A DNA stretch of 64,000 nt from the NCBI GenBank assembly GCA_011109175.1, contig RDEW01000050.1, positions 88,694 to 152,693 on the forward strand, written 5' to 3'. The notes beneath the pieces were generated by a model that saw nothing but the letters and a program-made list of their open reading frames with translations, was not told the origin of the DNA and did not search any database. Positions 13,200 to 24,700 of the stretch are shown piece after piece. Numbering within the stretch: the stretch's first letter is position 1; each line of letters begins with the position of its first letter. The position numbers and the translations under genes were made by a program. Origin of the DNA: Dicyema japonicum (Eukaryota; Animalia; Dicyemida).

Positions 13200-14264
13200 C
13201 TTTCGATCAAGCAAGTGGAACAAGTACTAACACAATATAAACACATTAATGAAATGGCAATTGTGGTCATATGTGTATCTTCAGATTAACAGCTTTCAGA
13301 ATTCTTGCTTTCCAAAGACATACGATGGAGTTTCTCTCAAAGTCATGGATGAATTGAATTAACATTTAAACAAAACTGATGATATGTCTTTAGATTAAAT
13401 TTTAACAATTCAGACTTTAGTTGGTTTTCAAATTCAAAGACATTTCATTAATGTGTTTGGCAAAATATTTATAAATAATTTTTGCTGTTTTTACATGACG
13501 TTGCTTGATGAAATCGCAATATGATTTTTTCCATTCTGATGATTTCCTAATTGGCAGTAACTATGCAGTACTTCGATTATGATTTTTCTTACGAAATGGG
13601 TCTGCAACACAGTCAGATTTTTTCGCAATTCATTAATCTTTGAAATACGCTTTGGACAATCTTGGTTGATAAGCAACTTAATACTTTCGAAATAATTGTA
13701 TGATGGATGATTAAATTGGTATGCCTTTTTAGGTTGTATTCTTTCTGCATAAACTGGTTGCATATCAGACATTGTATTTTTCCATCAGTGTTTTGCAAAA
13801 ATAGAAAAGTTCCCATTTATCTTGAATCATTATCCATTCATCGTTCAAATACCGTTTCTTAGTTTAGAAGAAGCACGTGACAGGTGATCCTGGGCTCTCT
13901 CAGTTGTCTTTGCATACTCAGAATTGAAAGAAGTGCCGTCCAAGGGAAACTCCTCTGGATAGTTGTTGACTAATAGTCCTTTTTGGATATAATTTAGGAT
14001 TATATCTGACGCCACCAGAGATGGTGAACCACATGACGCACGCTACCAATTCTAGCTCCGTGGAGCCAAAAGCGAAAAGGAGAACAGAAGAATCAAATAA
14101 TCATGTAGTCACATAGCACCACGTAAAAAAGTTGCCAAATAGGATTTTTCAAAAAAATTTAATGTAAAAAATAACAAAATGATTTTTTGTGTTTTATAGC
14201 CATTAAATCGGGCTGCACTTTGCTTGTCAAAGTCAGCATGATGGTCGCATGTTTGACATTCCTG
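13200..14264 (-). mobile_element. SPIN/GTF2IRD2-type hAT transposon relic
   Basis: IQCLICNQFMQKEYNLKRH zinc-finger region; TIR-like CAGGAATGTCAAAC ending near 14264. Confidence 0.6.
13870..14125 (-). mobile_element. Non-autonomous Vingi-derived element, subfamily B
   Basis: Inverted homologue of 44146-44400; carries the 5' structured motif and a LINE-like 3' end. Confidence 0.7.
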
Positions 14265-14467
14265 GTGTAGCCTCTCCTTGTTTGCGGGCTTTACATGTAG
14301 TCATACCTAAGAGAATATATGGGGAACCTCTACGTTGATGTACTTAAAACTCATATGATTTAATGTTGATAAAGTTCCGAGTCCGTCTTCTCTAAATTCA
14401 GGTGTATGTTCCAAGCCTATACTTTACTGACTTTTATGGTAATATTTGCTAATTTCCTGCTTTAGAG

Positions 14468-16614
14468 CAGTGATTCTCAACCTTTTTTTGGTTTACCAAA
14501 AAAAAGTCAGTGTACCAAACCAAGTTATTTCGTGTACCAAAAAAACAAAGACTTATTTAATTTTAATAATAATAACAGCCTTTTTCACGGAGCCGTGGTA
14601 TTAGCTCCGCATAGGCAGGACACACACTTTATTTAAGTAAAGAACAGTTAATTTTAACTAATCGTAGAACCAAGGAATGATCTTCACTTCCTTTTTTCTT
14701 TTTCTTGTGTGAGTGTCCTTTCTAGACAATCCAGTTCCGCAGTGAGTATTCACTGATGACGGCGTCACTCGTCAAACCCTTTCACTTATTTAATTATTTT
14801 AATTAAATTTAGGGACTTAAAATCTTTTTTTAACTATTTAATGAGAGCCTTGGTTTTCATGCATTTTAATTAGTCTCTGAATATCAGGGTCCAAGCGTGT
14901 TAAAAATAATCTGACATCTCCTCGCGAGCAGATATCAAGCTTGTTACGTTCATCGCTCAATATCCTGTTTACTACGCTGAATCCAGATTCCACAAAATAT
15001 GTCGTTGGAAAACATAATAAAATTTTAATTATTTGTTACCAAATCTTTGGATATTTGTCTTTAAATTCCTTTTTTCGCCAAAAGATAGACAAATTCTGGT
15101 TTTCAAACAAAATCTTGTAAGAATAATTATATTTAATTTCTATAAAAAATAATAATGGTAAAAATACCAATAAATTCATCTTGCAAATCCTCTACAGTGC
15201 TAGTCAAAAAAGGATTTATCATCCATCTTGGTATTTCCATATTAATCACGTCTTCAAATCTGATTGTTATTTCCTTTTCCAAATTAATTAGTTGGTCAAC
15301 AAAAATTTTTATATCAAATTGATTAAATGCTTCACATACTGGATGTAGAAAATCGTATTTTCCTGAAAGTTATGTCTATAATTCCGGTAGAATCTGTTAT
15401 CAAAGGTCTGATAAACAAAAGCTCTTCACAAAAAACTACTTGTTCGTCAAAAAATCTAAACAAAATATTATTTAAAATACCTACCTAACATAGGATTTAT
15501 TATCACATACCAGACATTCGTCAATCTGCAAAGAAAAAACAGTTTTTTAGGAATCTTCGACGCTTTCAGCCATTTCGTCAATTCGGCGACGAATCGTATC
15601 ATTACTCCAAGGTAAATTCTGGGAACATCAAAATGGTCGCACTACTTGTAAAATTTCAGATGGATTATGTCCCAACATATCTTGTAGAACAACTGCGATA
15701 GAAGGTATTATTAACGATTCACCCGAAACATGGGTAGCATTATTTTTAGCAACGATATGGGCAATTTTGTAGGATGCAAGTAACCCATCTATGAAATAGG
15801 TTAAAGGAATACTTTTTCGTGCAAGAGCATGATGAGTGATTAACTTTTGAAGGGTAGTAGGTTCATCAATCTTGTTTTTTATATTTTGAAAATATTCAAG
15901 CGAAGATCCGACTAGATTTGGATGTCTAGTCCTCAAATAGTGTGTTTATCTTGACAATTTCATAGAACTATTGGCCAAAGAATTTTTGCAGATTATGCAA
16001 AAAGGCTTAGATTTGTCTCCACTGGAAGGGATAAATCCATATTTCAGATAATCTTTACGATAAATCAGAGGAGTACGAGAATTACCACAAGAACATGTGA
16101 TTGACACGAGTATTTATAGGTATCAAATGATAATGGTTAACCATCGTAATTTATTATTATTTATTAACCCCGGATACACCGAGAAAGAAGTTAAAGTAAC
16201 CAACTAATTAAGTGTATCCAGTTTCCACTTCTACAGAGTCCATCCGGAATCAACATAAAAGGTAAAGACGTCCATTACATACAGTTGTGGAAACCCCTCT
16301 AGTGGAGTGGGGAAGAGCAAATGATCCTTTTTTGTGCCGGCCTGGCACTGGGGCGTCACCTAGACAGGTGGATCACATGACGCCACTCTAATAGGAAGAG
16401 AGAGGAGGAACAGACAAGCAAGCAGAAAACTTCAATCAATTAACCACGCAGCACCACATGGCGCCACGTGGCTAATTAACCATGGTAATGAACTAATTAC
16501 TGATAATAAAAAATATTTAAAAAATAATACCATGTACCAATTTTTTCCATGCACCATTCGAGTATTTTTCATGTACCAAAAATTGTGTACATGCACCACG
16601 GTTGAGAATCACAG
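14468..16614 (-). mobile_element. Buster/Charlie-type hAT DNA transposon, internally deleted, with a nested retroposon
   Basis: TIRs C(A/T)GTGATTCTCAACC; perfect 8-bp TSD CTTTAGAG at 14460-14467 and 16615-16622; transposase motifs LASYKIA, FSLQIDE, FPTTYFVESGFS. Confidence 0.9.
16151..16475 (-). mobile_element. Non-autonomous Vingi-derived element, subfamily A, full length
   Basis: 14-bp TSD ttaaccat(c/g)gtaat at 16137-16150 and 16476-16489; the empty site is visible in the hAT end copy near 31090-31105. Confidence 0.85.
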
Positions 16615-17023
16615 CTTTAGAGTGTTCCTCAATTTATTTTCTACACCAAGACAATTCCAAATATTTGCTTCTTTCAGATCTTACACATTCCAGATCAGAA
16701 GGAACACAGATTTAAAAAAACAACAATTAATAAGAACAACTTTAATTGACTAATTTGAAACTCTTGATTATCAGATGTTTTTACCAATTACCCCCGCATA
16801 TGGCAGATTATCACACATGATTTATTCCAAGTTTGGATAGCACAATCAAATACTTTGTAGTAAGACACCTTCACTCTTGCCTTACTTTGTGTATTATATT
16901 TTGGTTATTACTAATTTAATGCAGATTAGTCTCAATCAACCAAAAAAGTAGAGTGAATTCAAAGTATTAATGTAAAACACGTGAGTACACAAAAGCATAT
17001 AAAATTTATTAGATTACAAAATA

Positions 17024-17666
17024 CTATAATAATATATTTGAAGTAATCAATGCAGTAAGTCCCCATATTCTCCAATCATCAACGTCATACATGGGAAATC
17101 TTAAAATACAATTTTCACTTTTAAAGTTCGTGTGGAACATGTCTTTTTGTCTGCAAAGTTCTGAATATGAGACTGTAAACACGTGGCTTACTTCTCCTCT
17201 GTTTATAACAATGTCTTTGTGGTTTTCTATTACTCCGACAACAGGGTATACAGTCGTTCCATTTCTCTATGAATGAAAGACTATTGGCACGTGCATATAG
17301 GTGAAAGGATCCCCCAAATATTTGTGGGCTTTAATGAAAGACCGATCTCTTCGAATACTTCCCTTTTGGCAGTAGTAATAATATCCCCGTCAGAGTGAGC
17401 AAAGTTTCCCCAGGAAAACTAAATTTAAAAAATAAAGAGGACCAAACGTCTCCCGAATGAGTTGCGGTTTTATGTGACCTCACAGTGTAGAGCACGGAAA
17501 GTTCGTTTCTGTTTATAGTAAAAGGAATGAATACTGCGGCAATTTTACCGTTTCTGTTGAAATAAATAAGTTTTACAGACTTTATTGAATTTTTAATGTT
17601 AAAAATATATTTTGGTGTTAATAAACTTTTTATTTTTTCTAACAATTTGTTAGTGTCTGTAATCAT
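17024..17666 (-). CDS. NUDT8: Nudix CoA diphosphatase, NUDT8/NUDT7-like
   Basis: AAVFIP..LYTVRS..HSGDV/FPGG, Nudix box AKREVFEEIGL, TVYPVVG, RIWGLTA; 2 tiny introns; needs +1 G in a G-run near 17407. Confidence 0.75.
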
Positions 17667-17769
17667 CCAACAGCAGCAAAAATATTTAAATAATTATATA
17701 TAAAATTAAATAATTAAATAATTATTCAGTAAAAGCTAATTTCCTCCTAACACTTCTCGACTATCTATG

Positions 17770-18300
17770 GAAGATTTATATGTCCGATTTACCACAACTC
17801 AAAAATCTTATCACCTTTACACACACATTTCCTTTTCCTCTCATGTCGATGGCATCTCCGGATGCTGCTCAAGAAAACTAGGAATAATCAAATCTATTTT
17901 CCGTGGCATTGAAATTATTATACAAACAATTCATTAAGCCATCTGTCAGCTATGCATGTGCGTCATGTGGAATCAATCTGTCCTGGACGAACAAACAAAA
18001 AATCATCGACATTCAGTATTTAACAGCCACTACTATTAGTAATCTCGGGAAAGTAGAAAAACTAATCCCCTCTACTTGAATACCTTATCCGACAAAATGG
18101 AAAGGGATTTGCTTCCCTGTGCATAAACTGCAACTCCCATTAGTACACAGCCAGGACGTGTCTTATGAGAAGGATATACATAACCCTATTTTATTCCCCA
18201 AATCATCCCACAGAGAAGCTGCGTGGATCCCAGAAGGCGCACAAAGAGAGAATGAGAAATCTGATTGAGGCTGTCGAGATCACTTATTAATAATAATTAT
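17770..18300 (+). mobile_element. Vingi-like RT/3' relic
   Basis: YKQFIKPSVSYACAS and ..MRNLIEAVEIT followed by an AAT tail. Confidence 0.55.
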
Positions 18301-18728
18301 ATTAACTATTGGTGTTCTTGGGTTAATAAATATATACACTTTGGAAATTTTAGACCAAAACAATCGTCTTGGGTTGAAGACTCCAGTCGTCTCGAAGATA
18401 ACAGACTGCATATGGAATCTGCCCGGATGGTTGTAATATTTTTTTATTTTAGTTTTCGAATGCAAGGGTGGCCTCTCCAGCTTTCAACGCGAAATCATAA
18501 TTTTGAATATGAAAAGGTGTTTTTTGCGCAATTCTAAATCCAGACAAGTTATGGACTCCCCTGTTGACTGAAGTAGAATAGTTTTTGTATCAAAGTAGTT
18601 GTGAAAACTTTATGAAAAATAATGTCTAAAAATAATCTTTTAGGTGGTCCCCGAGTTATAATAATTTATTAGAACCCCCCAATTACTTATTAAAAAATGT
18701 CAAACAAATAAGTATTAGTAATATTTTA

Positions 18729-19362
18729 TTATCGATAAGACTTTTCAAGAGCAAGATTTTTAGCAATCTCGGTCTCCCAAATGTCTCCATTAGCCAATAA
18801 CTTTTCTTTGTTATACAACATTTCCTCCCTCGTTAAAGTTGAGTATTCACTGTTGGGTCCCTCAACTATGGCATCCACCGGACAGGCCTCCTGACAGAGA
18901 CCGCAGAAAATGCATTTTGTCATGTCAATGTCGTACCGGATCGTCCTTCGACTTCCATCTTCCCTCTCTTCAGTCTCAATCGTAATGGCCTGGGCGGGAC
19001 AGATAGCCTCACACAGCTTACAGGCAATACAACGCTCCTCCCCCGATGGATAGCTAAGAATTCAACGAGAGTATACCGACGGAGACAATGCTCACCCCGG
19101 AATCGGGGACTCTGGGGACCCTTTTCGAATGGATAGTTTATGGTGGCAGGTTCCTGGAATATTTTGGACATGGCTATTAAAAATCCTTTAATGAGGTCCT
19201 TAAGAAATAAAGAATTTGTTGAAGTCTCGGCAATTTCACTCCATGTTGATCCGGGAGTAGGACGACTTACAACCTTTCATATATGATTTGGATAACTTTA
19301 TAGCACGAAGAATTTGTGAGCTGAGACATATTTTTGGTTATCCTTCGAAAAATTGATTTCAT
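18729..19362 (-). CDS. NDUFS8: Complex I Fe-S subunit TYKY
   Basis: Basic presequence [10 protein letters not shown]; [43 protein letters not shown]; two 23-nt introns. Confidence 0.97.
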
Positions 19363-19489
19363 CAACACACAAGAAACAGTAATAATATTCAAAAATATAT
19401 AAAAATTAATATTATTTTAACAAAATTAATTTGTTACTTACTATCTCTAAATACTCATTTTATTTGTTTATTAACCTTTCTCCTGACCA

Positions 19490-19745
19490 AACCCTCTGAT
19501 GAAGATTGCATTATGAAAACTATTCCGCTAAAGAATGAAGTGATGTCCGCGACGGTAGACGTGGGACAAAAATGGAAGAGGGCAGACCTACTTCACCTCT
19601 CTGCGGAAGCCTGTAATGAAGTATTGGAAGATGGATTTGGTCGGCACAAGCAGATGTTCTCCCTTTGGTTCCTTTCTTGGATTAGTTAGTTATGACTGTT
19701 TGTGCGGGGCTCACAATGGTAAGCCTGGGGTTAATATTAATAATA
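19490..19745 (+). mobile_element. Vingi-like 3' fragment
   Basis: Shares its tail with 1-90. Confidence 0.55.
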
Positions 19746-19982
19746 ATTTGTATATTAACCATGGTTCCTCAAAAACCACATGAAAATATCCCGACACTGC
19801 GATTATCTTTTCCTCGATTTTCTATCTTTCCAATTAATTTTCTAAATAATAATTTCACATCCACAAACTAATGATTGATAGAACCTGATCTAAATTCGGT
19901 GATTCTATCAATAGATAATGGCAACATAATTATGAGGTTAAAATATGCCTAATCATTTCAATCAATGATTAAGTATCCCATT

Positions 19983-20311
19983 TTTATTATAACACCTGAT
20001 ACACCGAGAAGAAGTAAACAATTAGTTAAGTGTTTCCACTGTTATAGGAACCCTTCAACGTCATACAAGTCCACCCGTAATCACCACAAAAGGCAAAAAA
20101 CGTCCATTCCCTGTAGTTGTGGAAACTTCTCTAGTGGAGTTGGAGAAAGCAAATGATCCTTTTTCGCACTACCACTGGGTGCCGCCTAAGACAGGTGGAT
20201 CACATGACGCCACTCTAGTAGGAAAGGGAAGATGAGGAACATGAAAACAGAAATCTTAAACCAATTGGCCACATAGCACCATATGGCAGCACTTTGTCTA
20301 AAATATCAAAA
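19983..20311 (-). mobile_element. Non-autonomous Vingi-derived element, subfamily A, diverged
   Basis: Colinear with 16151-16475; possible 8-bp TSD atcccatt at 19975-19982 and 20312-20319. Confidence 0.75.
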
Positions 20312-20415
20312 ATCCCATTGAGGTCAGAATATTAAGATTTAAGGAAAATGGATGAAGAATATATAATTTATAATTTTTATGAAAAATAGGAATCCAGTTA
20401 TAATAAAATTAGTTA

Positions 20416-21565
20416 TTAGAGGCCCTTATTGAAGTAAATATAATTGACGTCATCACTGACCTTCTCTTTAAAATAAGGCTCAATCTTATTAACGGATAGA
20501 GAACTAAAATACTACGAATAGTAACCTCTTCTGGGGAAAGAGAGCACAACCAATGGGAGTCATGATAACCAAACTAAAATATAAGTACTATTTTTTACAA
20601 TATTCCGAAGAGAAGAACCTGAAGAGGAGCAATTAACACGGGAAATCTCTAAAAGAATAAAAACTATGGAAAACGGTTAAAAATGGTTTCCTCTCCAGAT
20701 TTTCCATCAAAATGGGGATTGTTACTAAAGTTTTAGAATTAACAAATACACATAGACGGAAGGGGCATCACATTTCGGGAAAGAATCACCATCAGGATGG
20801 CATTTTTGGCAGCATTTTTGGAATTCCCTAGGAAATTGCTGGATTCATCAAAAATGGGGATTCCTTCGCTTAGTTCGCTAAAGTAAAACAAGTCGGGTAC
20901 CTTCTCCTCATTAATGGAATGTTAACGCAGTTGGAAGCCACTACAGCCAAGAAGGGGACAAATCTCAGCAAAACAGGAGGAAGTTTCATTTTCTTTAATA
21001 ATAACAAAATTCGGTCACCGTCAAGAGTTTATTGAGTCCAAATGCAACCAGAAGAGCACTTCCCGTGGCTGAAATATATGAAGTAGTCAAAGTTCTAAAT
21101 TATTAGTACGAGTACTGATTTGAAATTGGATTGGCTCCACTGCGGTTTGTGTAATTGACCACTGCGTTGAAGGACTGGTTAAACCACTGCCAAAAGAAAA
21201 TGTGAGACGTCTTCTTGTAAAATGTGAGCATGCATCCCGTTATCAGCATGTTCATGGGGACCTGAGCAGACATTCTCCCCACAATGAACATTTTCTCCCC
21301 AGTATCTGGGTGATATGCTGAATCAACAAGATATTTTGCCCGCCACAGTTCGTCCTCATTGACCTTGTCCAATTCCTCTTTACTAAAATCTGATTTGAGG
21401 TCAATACGTGTATTTATCGATCAGAGACTTTGCGTTTGTTAGCTGTTTGGAGGAAGCTAGTAAATTTAGTGGGTTTGTAAGAAGGAAAAAATGCTTAAGT
21501 CTTCCACTAAAAGTTTCCTGGTCATATTTTGGTCTGGAGAGGTCAATTTTAGTTATCTGTGTCAT
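20416..21565 (-). CDS. SFXN: Sideroflexin (SFXN1/3-like mitochondrial carrier)
   Basis: [48 protein letters not shown], terminal YFNKGL; 8 GT-AG introns of 21-26 nt give a clean ORF. Confidence 0.96.
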
Positions 21566-21859
21566 TTTAAATATTAGTTCTAAAATTTTATTATATTTTA
21601 TTAATTTTTAATTATTTATAAATAAAAATAATTATTATTTAAACCATAAAAATTGAATTTTTGAATTAATTGACCGCAAAACCCATAAATACAGTGAATT
21701 TATTTCTGTCAGTTTGTCACATTGCAATATCTTAGGTAATACTTATGGTTGATATATTTCTGAATTGCTAATTATTAAATGTTTGGCTTGTATCTAAGAA
21801 ATTTATTTTATTGTTAAATGCGTTTTTTAATTGCTTAATCAATTTTCTAAAAACAAATT

Positions 21860-22580
21860 ATTATTATTAGCACTTTCACGACAGCCATAATATTTATGGC
21901 CCCGCATGTGCAGCAAAAAATATAAGAGAATTAGTTAGGTTGCTCCAAGCTCTTCTGTTCTTTGCTAGGTCTTTCAGTGAGTCCAGATCGTCACCAGATG
22001 CCAATGTTTTCTTCACGGCTATCAGATCGTCTTGTAGAACGACCGGGAGGGTAGTTATCGGTCTTCCACGAAAGCGTTTTACATTGGAAGAGTATTAATC
22101 TTCCATTGCGATATTTGGAGGGGATATCGGTCCAACCTCAGGACGTGTCCAAAAAGTCTCCAACGAGAGCTAATGATCTCGTGGCTTAATGGTATACAGT
22201 CACACTTATTGTACATTCCATTCCGCGAGATCTTGGAAGGCCAGGACATTCCAGTTATGTTTCTTAGATGATTCCTGTGAAATGAGTCTAGCCTCTCCAA
22301 TTCCTCTTTAGAGGTGGCCCAGGTCCCAGAGTTGTATAGTAAGATTGGTTTGATGAAGGTGTCGTATAACATAATCCTTTGTTTTATGTTATATCCTTTC
22401 GTTTTAGCCAAAGATTTTTCAGCCTTTGTAATGCCGCATTTACCAATGTTTTTCTCCGTATGATGTCTTCGCTATCTCCTAGTAGTGAGCCAAGTTTCTT
22501 TATGTGTCTCCATTTTTCTTCGAGTGAGTTGTTCATTCGTCTTATCTCTGTCCGTTCTGTTTTTTCCTTGTTCACGGTGA
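21860..22580 (-). mobile_element. RTE-clade LINE 3' fragment
   Basis: IKKLGSLL, LYDTFIKPILLYNSGTW, RWRLFGHVLR, RGRP; (TAA)n tail. Confidence 0.75.
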
Positions 22581-23624
22581 GAAACCATTTTTTAAAAACA
22601 AATACGTGGTTTAACTAAAATAAACTTGTTTACTACATAGTTATGTGCATTCACTGAAAAGGTATTTAATAACCAATGTTTGTAGACATATTAATTCGTC
22701 ATGTGCTGTTGTAAGTTCATTTGTGTTAAAGTTATCTATAAAATGTATCAACCATATGGATAGTTGATTGAGTCAGTATTATAAAATAGCAAAATTATTT
22801 TAATCATTTTAAATTGTCATGTAAATATCTTATTCTCCCACGATTTGCATGGAAGCCACTTTTCCACTTCACTGATTTGTTATCAAGGATTTAATGGGCA
22901 AATTTTAAATAAATGACACCACAAAGAAAATTAATAATCCACAAAGTTAAAACCAAATAATAAAGTCATTCTGGTTTCCATCAACATTCGATATCTTTAC
23001 CAAAATGAAATAATGTTATTAAAGAAAATACAAAAATTATATCAGCTTTCTTGAATTGTGGAAAATAGAGTTACCATGGGAGGTGGTTTAGACTTTTTAT
23101 GTTTAAATCGATAAAATTTTGTACTTTTTAGATTTTAAATCGATAAATTAAAACAATAGGTTAAACCAGTCGGAAGCGCAACTGTGGAAGTAGTTCAGAT
23201 AAGTCGATGCTGTGACAGCGTTTTATGATTAATTCTGTATTGAATTATGATTATAAATTGAAAAAATCTGTTGCAACAACAAGATCAGTCTTTGAGAGAT
23301 TGTGATAAACATTTTCAAGACATTAAGGGTGGGAATTGTTAATGTTATAAGCCATTTAAAGACGGTGTTGTAGATTATTTATTACCTGACTATATTTTTA
23401 ATATAAATTTAAACAAATGAGACACCAACTGCTAAAAGACATTGGGCACGACGATAATAGACGTTCGCGGAACCAGCGTCGCTCCTGAGGATCTTCCACT
23501 CTTGACGAGATTACGCATCCTCCAATTTCTGGAATAACAACTCTGGTGACGAGCTGACCACACCCGAAGTTTATATTGATTAAATCTGACTCATTGTTTT
23601 TCATAAATTGTATTCAGTACTATG

Positions 23625-23780
23625 AACTCTGGATACACCGATAAGTTAACAATTCATCTAATTAAGTTTATCCACCACTGTCACAGAAACAAAGTCCTTC
23701 CAATGTCACATCAAGAACCAGCATAATAGGTAGAAAACTTACATTCCTTCCAGTTGTGAAAACCCTTCCAGTGCAGTATT
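23625..23780 (-). repeat. 3' half of the subfamily A non-autonomous element
   Basis: ggatacaccga..ctaattaag..cagttgtgaaaaccc is shared with the 16151, 19983 and 27470 copies. Confidence 0.6.
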
Positions 23781-23829
23781 GCATGTGCTTATAATATTGT
23801 GCTTATTTTTTAACAATTAAAATATTTAT

Positions 23830-24700
23830 TAAACATAATTCACAACAATTAAATGAAAAAGCCCTTACCGCATGGCTATTCCCTCTCACAATAGCGAACG
23901 AAACTTGCTCGAATAGCCAGCGGCGTTCATGCAGATATTCCAAACGCTCAGAAATCTGACCCCCAATTGATTCAGAAATTCCAATGTCGAGAGTTATGTG
24001 GCACTGGAAGTCTCCATAACGAGTGGAATAAACTCCATTCCATCGGATAACGGCGAGGGTTGGTTTGTGCAATCCGCTTGAAGAAAGTACCCTGATTGCT
24101 GCACAAGTTCCTTCTTCGATTAACTTGTAACGAACAGTTCTCTTAAGACGGAGCACTTCTACTTGATTATTCGAACTTTTGCGTCTCCCACATTTGGTCA
24201 AAAAGTGAAGTAACCAAGGAAACGGGTCCCTTCCATAAAAGAACGAATGATACTCTTCATGGTGACACCGAGAGGCTCATTATTTGACTCTCCTGAGTAA
24301 GTCCCAATGCGGAAGGCGCAAAATTGAGGAGGCGTACCCAATTTTGTTTCGAGTTCGTCCGGAGGGCATCCTCGATCGATATTGTAAAGGCCCCGCAGCG
24401 ATATGACGTATGTCCTGGGGTTATTCACCTTTATAGTCCGTGAAGAACGTTGGTTCGAGATGGGACGAAGATTGATTCAGAGTCAATGATTGTTAAACGA
24501 CTGGAGGATGAGTAACATTAGTATGGGTGTGAGAAATCTTTCTGCATAGGCTAAGGCATAAAGGGCAGTACCATACTTCAAGTGCGCTCGCAGCGACTAG
24601 GGATAGTTTGACACATACAAGATGGAAGAAATCTCCACAAGCAGAGGAGGAAATTTCACACTTTCGAGTATTGATTAAACATCAAAATGAACATTTATCG
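23830..24700 (-). mobile_element. Internally deleted CRE-like relic
   Basis: AAIRVLSS and ERRWLFEQVSFAIVRGN; a second ERRWFRERLL fragment lies near 23470. Confidence 0.55.

Noticed and set aside
14740-14785. CTGATGA...GTCAAAC resembling a hammerhead core
   Set aside because: GAAA lacks its G, and no stem I/III with an NUH site can be formed.
19330-19362. Apparent loss of the NDUFS8 mitochondrial presequence
   Set aside because: An in-frame upstream ATG at 19362 supplies a basic presequence.
19495-19525. CTGATGA..GAAA hammerhead-like motif
   Set aside because: No stem II; the sequence resembles the Vingi C-terminal coding region near 7715.
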